This document shows, one piece after another, positions 35,677-43,523 of a DNA stretch of 43,523 nt. Where the stretch lies: the NCBI GenBank assembly GCA_046583355.1, contig JAYGCM010000013.1, positions 1 to 43,523 of the forward strand, written 5' to 3'. A model generated the notes under the pieces. The model saw only the letters and a list, made by a program, of their open reading frames with translations. It ran no database searches and was not told the origin of the DNA. Source of the stretch: Deltaproteobacteria bacterium (lineage in GTDB: Bacteria > Desulfobacterota > Binatia > UBA12015). Made by a program: the position numbers and the translations under genes. Positions within the stretch are counted from its first letter, which is position 1. Each line of letters begins with the position of its first letter.

Positions 35677-37677
35677 CTACGGGGTCACGATCGCGAAATC
35701 GCCGGGCGGTGCCGTGAGGCTGCCAAGGAAGGAGAGCAGGGCGAAACGGCTGCCTTCGACTTCGAATTCGTCCGAGAAGACCATTTCCCGCACGCCGGCG
35801 TTGCCGCTTACGAGCCCGAGCCAGAAGTCGCGCGTGAGCCGGATGGTCGCGTCGGCATTGTCTACCGGATCGCTTTGGCGATGATTCAGGACCGAATTTT
35901 TGATCTCGACCACATGCGTTTCGCCGAGGTCGGTGAAGACGAAATTGAAGACCATCTCATCGCCTGCGATTTTGTCGGCGTCGATGCGCACGGCCATCGC
36001 GTCAAAGAAGCCGGCAATCGGGATCGCCTGAAGCATCCCGGTCGCTCCGGCAATATCGATGGTGGCGGCCGCCTTGCCGATGCGCAATTCGAGCGCGCCG
36101 CTCAGGTAGACATCGCGCCACGGGGCGGATTCGGCCTGGTAGCCAAGCTGGTCGTAGGTCGCGGCCAGCAAGGTACGTGCGTTTTGACTCTGGGGGTCGG
36201 CGAAGACGAGGTGGTTCAGGACGCGCGCCGCCCAGCGGTAATCGCCCTTGTCGAAGGCGCGCTGGCCCTCGGTGAGAACGGCCGCCTCGCCGCCCATGGC
36301 GGCAACAAAACGGATGGCCTCCTCGGTGGGCGGCAGGGGGTTCAGGTTGGCAGGGTTGCCGTCGTAGAAGCCGAAATAGCGCTGGTAGACCGCCCGCGCA
36401 TTATGCGAGGTCGTGCCGTAGTAGCCGCGATTGGCAAAGCTGCGGCCGAGCGACTCGGGCAATTCCAGCGCGTCTGCGATCTCGCGTGGGGTCATGCCTT
36501 CGTTGGCCAGGCGCAGCGTCTGATCGTGGATGAATTTATAGGTATCGCGCTGTCCTTCGAGGTAGGCGCGGATCGCCGTACGGCCCCGGACGGGCCAATG
36601 GTGGCTGTTCACGAGGACATCGGAGGTCGGGAAGAGGCGGATGGTCTCGTCGATATAGCCGCTCCATTTGAGCGCGTCGCGCGCCTTCGCTCCGCGCAGG
36701 GTCAGCACATTATGCATATTACGCGAGACGACTTCGGCCCCGAAGAGCGCGTTTTTCTGCGGCAGATAGAAGAGGAACTCCGCCGGTGCTTCCGACTCCG
36801 GCGTGTATTGGAAGGTGAAATCCACGCCGTCGATGGTCAGCTTTTGGCCCGTATGGTCGATCGACTCGGTGGGAATGGCGATGCTGAAGGTGCCGCGGGC
36901 AGGCTCCTTGCCCAGCCCGGAACCGATATGGCCGCGCGGGCTGCGCTCGAGCCCGAAGCCGTACATGAAGGTGGCCCGTCGTCCCATTGCCGTCCCGGCA
37001 AGAATGTTTTCACTGGTGGCTTCGGCAACGAAGCCCTTCGGCGCGATCAGCCGAATTTGCCCGTCTATTTCCGGGTCGCCCGAGAGGATGCCGCCGATGC
37101 CGCCGAAATGGTCGATATGGCTATGCGTGAAAAGAATGGCCCGAATCGGTTTCTCGCCGAGGTGCTTGCGGGCCAGCGCGATCGCGGCGGCGGCGGTTTC
37201 CTCGCTGCCAAGCGGGTCGATCAGAATCCAGCCGGTATCGCCTTCGATGATGCTCATATTGGCGAGATCGTAGCCGCGGACCTGGTAGATACCATCCTTG
37301 ACTTTGAAGAGACCATGCTCGTTATTGAGCTTCTCCTGACGCCAGAGGCTCGGGTTCACCGAGGCCGGTGCGTCGCCTTGGACGAAGGCGTAGCTGCGCG
37401 CATCCCAGAGAATGCGGCCGGTGGCATCGCGGATGACCAGCTCGTCTTCCTGGGCGATGCGGCCGAAGGTGGCATCGATCGCGTCGGCGGGATCGTCCAG
37501 GTTGAGTGCGTTCGCGACTGCCGCATTGGCGGAGATGGTATATTTGCTTGGCGCCGTGAACCCCTGGCTTGTCATGCGGTCAGGGGTCGGGGTGGTCGGG
37601 GCCGTGGGCGATTCGGCGCACGCCGCGGCAAGGAGCGCGCTCAGCGCCAGGAGGGAGGTGGACCGGAAACGCAACAT
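35677..37677 (-). CDS. Alkyl/aryl sulfatase, SdsA1/BDS1 family (metallo-beta-lactamase fold + dimerisation + SCP2-like domains), lipoprotein
   Basis: Lipobox AAAC; SVNPSLWRQ, YQVRGYDLAN, THSHIDHFGG, TPESEAPAE, HHWP, IHDQTLRLAN. Confidence 0.93.
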   Translation of the reverse strand: MLRFRSTSLLALSALLAAACAESPTAPTTPTPDRMTSQGFTAPSKYTISANAAVANALNLDDPADAIDATFGRIAQEDELVIRDATGRILWDARSYAFVQGDAPASVNPSLWRQEKLNNEHGLFKVKDGIYQVRGYDLANMSIIEGDTGWILIDPLGSEETAAAAIALARKHLGEKPIRAILFTHSHIDHFGGIGGILSGDPEIDGQIRLIAPKGFVAEATSENILAGTAMGRRATFMYGFGLERSPRGHIGSGLGKEPARGTFSIAIPTESIDHTGQKLTIDGVDFTFQYTPESEAPAEFLFYLPQKNALFGAEVVSRNMHNVLTLRGAKARDALKWSGYIDETIRLFPTSDVLVNSHHWPVRGRTAIRAYLEGQRDTYKFIHDQTLRLANEGMTPREIADALELPESLGRSFANRGYYGTTSHNARAVYQRYFGFYDGNPANLNPLPPTEEAIRFVAAMGGEAAVLTEGQRAFDKGDYRWAARVLNHLVFADPQSQNARTLLAATYDQLGYQAESAPWRDVYLSGALELRIGKAAATIDIAGATGMLQAIPIAGFFDAMAVRIDADKIAGDEMVFNFVFTDLGETHVVEIKNSVLNHRQSDPVDNADATIRLTRDFWLGLVSGNAGVREMVFSDEFEVEGSRFALLSFLGSLTAPPGDFAIVTP

Positions 37678-37688
37678 AATCGTAGTCC

Positions 37689-39656
37689 TCAAGGGTTGTT
37701 CTCGCTTGGCGTCTGCGGCCTTATACGGCCAGCACTCGCAATGAAATCAGCGGCCTGTCGGCGCACCGCAGGGTTCTCTCGAAGTTCGTGGCCAAGCTGC
37801 GGCCATTGGATCCGCAGCGCATGCGGTCCGCGCCGCAGGCTTCCGCCGACCGGAGCCAGCCCGAGAGCGTCGCTGAGTCGCGTGGCGAGCAGGGGGCTGA
37901 GCGTGGAGTCGGTCCCGCCGGTGGCCAGCAACAGCGGCGCGTGGCTGCTCTGGCCTATGCGCTCGCGGGCATAGGCCAGGGGTTCTCCGGCCGCGGCGGC
38001 CCAGGCAAAGGGCAGGAAGAACTGTTCGGCGAGCTGGAATAGGTAAGGGTCCAGGGTGCAGATACCGGGGGCCGCACAGCCCCGCTCGGCGACGCAATCC
38101 TTGCCTTCTTCGGGGCCGCCGACGCAGGCCACATAATTGGCGCCGAGGGCTGGCAGAGTGTGGACCATGACCCAGCGGGGAAGGTCGCCCGCGGCTGCCA
38201 GCAGCGCGGTGGCTCCGAGATCGGGTTCCACCGAACGGAGCAGTATTCCCACCATCGCGCCGACCGAATAGCCCAGGTAGCGGACGTCGGGCGGATGCCA
38301 ATCCCATCCGCTGGGCAGTACGAAGCCGCAACGCAGCGAGGTGTCGATGGTGGCAAGCGCGTCGACCGCCGATTGCCGCAGATGGTCGCCGAGTCCGGCC
38401 GGATCGAGCGGGTCGAGGAAACGTTTGCCGGTGCCCCCGTGCATGCCGTGGTCGGGCAGGTCAATCGCGAGGACCGCCAGGTCGCGCTCGGTCAGCTCGT
38501 CGAGATGGCGGCGCAGCGAGCGTAGAGCGCTGCCGCCATGGCCGTGCAACACGAGTACCAGGGGTGTGGATTGATCGACGTTGCCGGGCAGAGCGAGAAG
38601 AAAGGGGACTTGTGTCCGGATCGTCGTATCGATCGCGTTGAGCGATGTCAGCGAGCCTCGATAGATCGTGGCGTCGCCGCCCTTGCTGCCGAGGAGGGCG
38701 AGGCGCTCGACCGGGTCGAGCGGAATTTCGGTGCAACTACGCTCGTGCAGCCTGCGCCGCAGCTCTGCCAGCATCGTTCGGTCGTCGCGGGTATGGAAGG
38801 CGAGCAGCGTCTTCTCTTCGTCAGCCGTCGATTTGGTGGTGAAGGAAAACTGCAATCGCATCAGGTCGGCTGCCGCAAGCGCGGCGGGCCAGGTGACCTG
38901 AAGACCCGGGACAGTGGCGAAGCCCGGCGCTGCATTGGCTTTGGCCTCGAGACGACGCAGAAGGTTGGTTGCGGCGACGACATCGATCCCGCCGGCGCCG
39001 TTCGGGATTGCCTGAATGAGCGGCAGCACGAAACCGCCGCGCGGTAGCTCGACACCCTCGGCCGAGGGGCGCGGTAGCGTCCGAGCGCGCGCCGCGTCAC
39101 GTTCGGCTGTGGTCGCGCCTTCGACCTCCAGCGCATAATCACGGTCCATACGCAGCGGGACCAGCGGGCGAAGGCGCAGTGTCCGGCCGTCGCCGAGCAG
39201 GCGCAGCTGCGCCGGGATTCGGCCCGGTCCGAGTAGCGTCCCGCATTTTGCGTTCTGGGAGGCAGCCGCTGCGGTACCCAACGCGTGCAGGGCCTCCGCA
39301 ATTTCGGTGGCGACGCGAAGAGCGCTCGCACGCTGATGGCTGCGCTCGCCCTGGTGCTGAATGCGCGTCGCCTCTTCCCATGCTGCGGACAGAGCGCCCC
39401 AGCAGGGCCCGAGAGCCGTGCGGGTACAGCGCGCGAGGGCCTCCGCCACAGTCTCGCAGCTTGCGAGATTCGCGGCGATATCAGGGGCGAAGCTGAGCGC
39501 GGTCGTCAGGTGTATAAACTCGCCTGAGGCCGCCGCGACCACTTCGGCCACCGCAAGCGTCGAGGTGCGCGGAGCCGGGTCGCTGGACGACGCCCCCGCA
39601 GGAGTCGCCAGGACCAGCAGGGCAGTGGCCAGAAGGAGAGAGCGCCGCAGGAACAT
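37689..39656 (-). CDS. Secreted alpha/beta hydrolase (lipase-like) with N-terminal accessory domains
   Basis: Signal peptide; LVLHGHGG, AIDLPDHG, nucleophile GYSVG, GGTD acid, LGHE His. Confidence 0.72.
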   Translation of the reverse strand: MFLRRSLLLATALLVLATPAGASSSDPAPRTSTLAVAEVVAAASGEFIHLTTALSFAPDIAANLASCETVAEALARCTRTALGPCWGALSAAWEEATRIQHQGERSHQRASALRVATEIAEALHALGTAAAASQNAKCGTLLGPGRIPAQLRLLGDGRTLRLRPLVPLRMDRDYALEVEGATTAERDAARARTLPRPSAEGVELPRGGFVLPLIQAIPNGAGGIDVVAATNLLRRLEAKANAAPGFATVPGLQVTWPAALAAADLMRLQFSFTTKSTADEEKTLLAFHTRDDRTMLAELRRRLHERSCTEIPLDPVERLALLGSKGGDATIYRGSLTSLNAIDTTIRTQVPFLLALPGNVDQSTPLVLVLHGHGGSALRSLRRHLDELTERDLAVLAIDLPDHGMHGGTGKRFLDPLDPAGLGDHLRQSAVDALATIDTSLRCGFVLPSGWDWHPPDVRYLGYSVGAMVGILLRSVEPDLGATALLAAAGDLPRWVMVHTLPALGANYVACVGGPEEGKDCVAERGCAAPGICTLDPYLFQLAEQFFLPFAWAAAAGEPLAYARERIGQSSHAPLLLATGGTDSTLSPLLATRLSDALGLAPVGGSLRRGPHALRIQWPQLGHELRENPAVRRQAADFIASAGRIRPQTPSENNP

Positions 39657-39811
39657 TCGTTGCGGTTATCTGTCGCGCCGGGCTGGGAAAGGCAACCCGG
39701 CCATTGGCGGGCGCGGCGCCTCGAGGTCCGGCCGGACCTCTGGGCCAGGTCCGGTCCGGGTTGCCGGAAGGCGGCTACCCGCAAGGGACGAGCCGTCGTC
39801 AACCAACTGGC

Positions 39812-41467
39812 TCATGCGTTCGGCAGGTCCGGGGTCGCCTCTGTATCCTGAACCGCGCGGGCGGTCTCTTCGGCGGGTGCGAGGTCGCTATGGCAGGCGT
39901 GCTGGTCTTCCACGATCGGCAGTTCCGGGCTCCGCCGCGCCAGCAGCTCCTGGCCGTCTTTGCTTACGCCGGGGCTTGCCAGAGCCGGCTGTGCGGGCTG
40001 GAAGCCCTCCGCCTTGCCGCTGGCAAACTCCTGGATTTCTTTCGAGATGCGCATGCTGCACCAATCATGGCCGCACATGGCACAGAAATCGGTGTCGACG
40101 CCGAGGTCTTCATCGTGCAGCGCGCGCGCGGTCTCGCCGTCAAACGCCAGGTCGAATTGCATCGGCCAGTTCAGCGCGGCGCGGGCACGCGACATATCGT
40201 CGTCCCATTGTCGGGCGCCGTCGATGCCGCGGGCGATATCGCCCGCATGTGCTGCAATTTTGTAGGCGATGCAGCCGTCTTTCACATCCTGCTCGCGTGG
40301 CAGGCCGACATGCTCTTTGGGCGTGACGTAGCAGAGCATGGCCGCACCATGGCGCGCGGCCTCGGTGGCGCCGATGGCACTGGTGATGTGGTCGTAGCCG
40401 GGGAAGACATCGGTGACGAGCGGGCCCAGAACATAGAAGGGGGCGTCGTCGCAGAGCTTCTGTTGCAGCTCCATATTGAAGCCGATCTGGTCCATCGGCA
40501 CATGCCCGGGGCCTTCGACCATGACTTGCACGCCCTTGTCGCGTGCGCGGTGCACCAACTCGCCCAAGGTCTGCAACTCGGCAAGCTGGGCCGCGTCGGA
40601 GGCGTCGGCCAGGCAGCCCGGGCGCAGGCCGTCACCGATCGAATAGGTGACATCGTATTGCACCATGATCGCGCTGATCTCGTCGAAGAGTTCGAACATC
40701 GGGTTCTGGCGGCCGCGGTGGATCATCCATTTTGCCAGCAACGCGCCGCCGCGCGAGACGATGCCGGTGGTGCGTTTGGTGACCAGCGGTAGATGCTCGC
40801 GCAAGAGGCCGGCATGAATGGTGAAATAATCGACGCCCTGCTGGGCCTGGAACTCGATCTCGGCCAGGATATGGTCGTATTCGAGTTCTTCGATCGGACG
40901 CTTTACGATCATGCCGTAGATCGGCACGGTGCCGATCGGGATCGTGCTATGGTCGAGGATGGTTTGGCGGCAGGCGGCCAGGTCGCCGCCGGTCGAGAGG
41001 TCCATGAGCGTATCGGCACCGAAGCGCTCGGCCCAGCGCAGCTTCTCGACCTCTTCCTCAATGCCGCTGGAGACCGGGGAGGCCCCGATATTGGCGTTGA
41101 CCTTGGTCGTGATATAACGCCCGATGCCCATCGGGTCGAGGCGATTCGGGGCGTTCTCGCCCTTGGCACGCGTGCCGGAGTCGATCTCGCGGCTGCGCTC
41201 TACGCTGGTCTGGTTGACCCAGAGCCGTGCCTCGGGGCGTGCCCCGGGGTGGCCCTTCACTTCCCGGCCGAGGCTGGGGACTTCCCCTGCCGGGGCTGTG
41301 ATTTCGCCACCGCCGCTTCCGGCCAGGTGCCGGATATTGGCCGGGATGACCAGGCGGCCTCGTGCGACTTCGTCGCGGATGAACTCGGGTTTCCTGTTTT
41401 CGCGTTCGGCCACGCGTTGCATGGACGGTGTGGTGATTCCTTTTCGCGCGCTCTCGAGCTGGGTCAT
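39812..41467 (-). CDS. thiC: Phosphomethylpyrimidine synthase
   Basis: [78 protein letters not shown] Fe-S motif. Confidence 0.93.
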   Translation of the reverse strand: MTQLESARKGITTPSMQRVAERENRKPEFIRDEVARGRLVIPANIRHLAGSGGGEITAPAGEVPSLGREVKGHPGARPEARLWVNQTSVERSREIDSGTRAKGENAPNRLDPMGIGRYITTKVNANIGASPVSSGIEEEVEKLRWAERFGADTLMDLSTGGDLAACRQTILDHSTIPIGTVPIYGMIVKRPIEELEYDHILAEIEFQAQQGVDYFTIHAGLLREHLPLVTKRTTGIVSRGGALLAKWMIHRGRQNPMFELFDEISAIMVQYDVTYSIGDGLRPGCLADASDAAQLAELQTLGELVHRARDKGVQVMVEGPGHVPMDQIGFNMELQQKLCDDAPFYVLGPLVTDVFPGYDHITSAIGATEAARHGAAMLCYVTPKEHVGLPREQDVKDGCIAYKIAAHAGDIARGIDGARQWDDDMSRARAALNWPMQFDLAFDGETARALHDEDLGVDTDFCAMCGHDWCSMRISKEIQEFASGKAEGFQPAQPALASPGVSKDGQELLARRSPELPIVEDQHACHSDLAPAEETARAVQDTEATPDLPNA

Positions 41468-41578
41468 GATGAAGCCTCCGGCAACGGACTGAACGTCGCC
41501 TGTTGCACGCAACCTACGCCCGGCGACGAGAGGGTGCAATGCCGCCCCGCGCTCTCGCAGCGGGCGTTGTCGGCAGAC

Positions 41579-43159
41579 TCAATTCACCTTGCGAGCACTA
41601 CCCCAATGCTCTTCGCGCAGGCGGAATTTCTGCAACTTGCCGGTGGCCGTACGGGGCAGGGCCTCGACGAACTCGACTATGGTGGGGCATTTGAAATGTG
41701 CCAGGCGCTCGCGGCAAAAGGCAATCACCTCGGCCTCGGTGAGCGAGTGCCCTTCGCGCAAGACGATCAAGGCCTTCGGGGTCTCGCCCCATTTTTCATG
41801 CGGCACCCCGATGACGGCACATTCGAGGACTTTGTCGTTCCGGAAGAGAGCGTCTTCGATCTCGGGCGAGCTGATATTCTCGCCACCTGAAATGATCACA
41901 TCTTTTTTACGGTCGACGATATGAATACTGCGCGTCGCGTCCCAGACGCCGAGATCGCCGGTATGGAAGAAGCCATCGCGGATCGCCTCGGCCGTTTCCT
42001 CGGGCTGGCGCCAATAGCCGGCGAAAACGACGTTGGAGCGCGCGCAGACCTCGCCGACCGTCTCGTCGTCCTGCGGCACCTCGCGGCCCGCGTCGTCGAG
42101 CAGCACCATCTCGACGTTCAGCCCCTGCACACCGGCGCGCGCCCGGCGCGGCCAATCTCCGGCCTTGGTGCGGTAGTCGGGCTTGGAAATCGTGAGCAGA
42201 GGCGCCGTTTCGGTCAGCCCATAGATCTGCAGGAAGTTCCAGCCGAGTTCGGTCTCCAGTTGCTCGATGAACGAAGAGGGTGGGGGTGCGCCGGCGATGA
42301 CGAAGCGTGGTTTCGTCGATATTTGATGGTTGTCGCGATCCGGGTAGTCGAGGATCGCCCGCAGGACCGCCGGAGCCATGCACGCGAAGGTGACCTTCTC
42401 GGCCTCGATCAGTTTCCAGATCTCGGCCCCGTCCACGGCGCGCAGGACCACATGCGTCCCGCCCATTCCGGTCATCGCGTAGACGCCGCCCCAGCCGTTG
42501 CAATGGAACATCGGCAGCGTCCAGAGTTCCACGTCGTCGTGATCGATGCGCATATGCGCGATCAGGTTCCAGGCGTTCACATAGAGGTTGCGGTGCGTCA
42601 GCATGACGCCCTTGGGTCGCGCGGTCGTGCCGGAGGTATAATTGATCGAGAGCAGATCGTTCTCGTCGAGCTCGGGGGGCTCGGGCAAGGTGCCGGGCTC
42701 GCCGCAGATGAGTTCATCCCAATCGAGCCAGCCCTCGGCCGCCGCCGCATGGTCGGGCTGACGGGCCGTGACCCAATGCTCGACGCTGGTCAGATTTGGC
42801 CGGATCTGGTCGACGGTATCGGTATATTCGCGGTCGACCAGCACGACCTTCACGCCAGCGTGGTTGAGAATATACTCGTGGTCTTCGGCGACCAGCCGAT
42901 AATTGAGCGGCACCAGCACCGCGCCGATCTGGCTGGTGGCGTAGAAACTCTCAAGAAAGAAATGCGAATTCGGGCTGAGCATGCAGACCCGATCCCCTTT
43001 CTCGACACCAAGCCCCCGCAACGCGTGCGAAAGCTGGTTGGCCCGCTGGTGAAACTCAGCGTAGGTGAAGCGCTCCGCGCCATCGACGATCGCCGTCTTG
43101 TCCCCATAAAGACGCGACGCGCGCGCAAGAAACTCATTGACCAGAAGCGGAACCTGCAT
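41579..43159 (-). CDS. Acyl-CoA synthetase / fatty acid-CoA ligase
   Basis: YTSGTTARPKG, LPMFHCNGW, IYGLTET, HTGDLG, DRKKDVIISGGENISS, PRTATGKLQK. Confidence 0.93.
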   Translation of the reverse strand: MQVPLLVNEFLARASRLYGDKTAIVDGAERFTYAEFHQRANQLSHALRGLGVEKGDRVCMLSPNSHFFLESFYATSQIGAVLVPLNYRLVAEDHEYILNHAGVKVVLVDREYTDTVDQIRPNLTSVEHWVTARQPDHAAAAEGWLDWDELICGEPGTLPEPPELDENDLLSINYTSGTTARPKGVMLTHRNLYVNAWNLIAHMRIDHDDVELWTLPMFHCNGWGGVYAMTGMGGTHVVLRAVDGAEIWKLIEAEKVTFACMAPAVLRAILDYPDRDNHQISTKPRFVIAGAPPPSSFIEQLETELGWNFLQIYGLTETAPLLTISKPDYRTKAGDWPRRARAGVQGLNVEMVLLDDAGREVPQDDETVGEVCARSNVVFAGYWRQPEETAEAIRDGFFHTGDLGVWDATRSIHIVDRKKDVIISGGENISSPEIEDALFRNDKVLECAVIGVPHEKWGETPKALIVLREGHSLTEAEVIAFCRERLAHFKCPTIVEFVEALPRTATGKLQKFRLREEHWGSARKVN

Positions 43160-43381
43160 GCCGTCCCTTACCCCGGCCGGCGCAGAGAATCACCACGCGC
43201 GGAGAAGCACGCCAGAAGAAGTGTCAGGAACCCTCGGGGCGCCAGGCGGTCCGGACGACGTGCATCGCCCCGGGGCTCATCGCCTCTCGGGCACGGTGCG
43301 AAGTAAGCGAAGACGACGACGGTGCCAGCAGGGGCCCTCGGAGTCTCCCGCCGCGCCTCCAGGCCTCGCCGCACGGCCCCG

Positions 43382-43523
43382 TCAACCGGCCGCATACGGC
43401 CCCACGCCGCCGCGCAGTTGGCTGATGCGCCTCGGCTGGCGACGTCGCGGCCTGATCCCTCCCGACATGGTGCCTTCGGGCTGACTTTTCGGCGGGACCT
43501 CCAGGCTCTCGTGAAGCGTCGGA
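43382..43523 (-). CDS. Possible 3' end of a gene entering from beyond the right edge
   Basis: Open frame ..PTLHESLEVPPKSQPEGT..YAAG ending TGA at 43382-43384; no recognisable motif. Confidence 0.25.
   Translation of the reverse strand, partial: PTLHESLEVPPKSQPEGTMSGGIRPRRRQPRRISQLRGGVGPYAAG

Noticed and set aside
35875..37974. Long antisense or alternative-frame ORFs (e.g. 35875-37974 +, 25855-27882 -, 16263-17642 +, 41921-43306 +)
   Set aside because: Shadow ORFs expected at high GC opposite well-supported genes; no motifs.
41141..41323. Intein in ThiC
   Set aside because: About 60 aa is too short, and there is no C/S start or HN end.
39812..41467. BzaF/BzaAB rather than ThiC
   Set aside because: No cobalamin genes nearby and the motifs fit ThiC; not fully excluded without a phylogeny.
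41468..41578. TPP riboswitch before thiC
   Set aside because: ACCC and GGCGTAGG fragments are present, but the CUGAGA and ACCUGAU core elements are missing.

Overview
A GC-rich, gene-dense chromosomal segment from a diderm bacterium (it encodes a TonB-dependent receptor, an MCE/LetB-type tunnel and periplasmic lipoproteins). F420-type luciferase-like enzymes, lipid catabolism genes and Cys-rich secreted proteins suggest Candidatus Binatia (Binatota) or a relative; this is inference, not a search result. About 35 genes in order: a sulfatase-like hydrolase cut by the left edge and missing from the ORF track; two divergent LLM oxidoreductases; a sulfotransferase; a Ser/Thr kinase; a CocE/NonD hydrolase; split pqiA plus a 3-MCE letB/pqiB; DUF3127; a broken membrane glycosyltransferase; SnoaL/NTF2; DUF1820; an RRM protein; infA; an amidohydrolase; a DsbA-like protein; an octaheme cytochrome-HEAT-TPR gene followed by tupABC and a TonB-dependent receptor; a Cys-rich secreted protein; an acyl-CoA catabolic cluster; recX; an alkyl sulfatase; an alpha/beta hydrolase; thiC; an acyl-CoA ligase. 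I saw no rRNA, tRNA, CRISPR array or mobile element. Strongest leads: (1) a Hanks-type kinase fused to a PhoR-like two-TM Cache sensor, with the output domain on the opposite side from PhoR; (2) an apparent operon joining an octaheme cytochrome, a tungstate ABC importer and an outer-membrane TonB receptor; (3) a candidate C-terminal sorting motif (SPxGAFxD) on a Cys-rich secreted protein.
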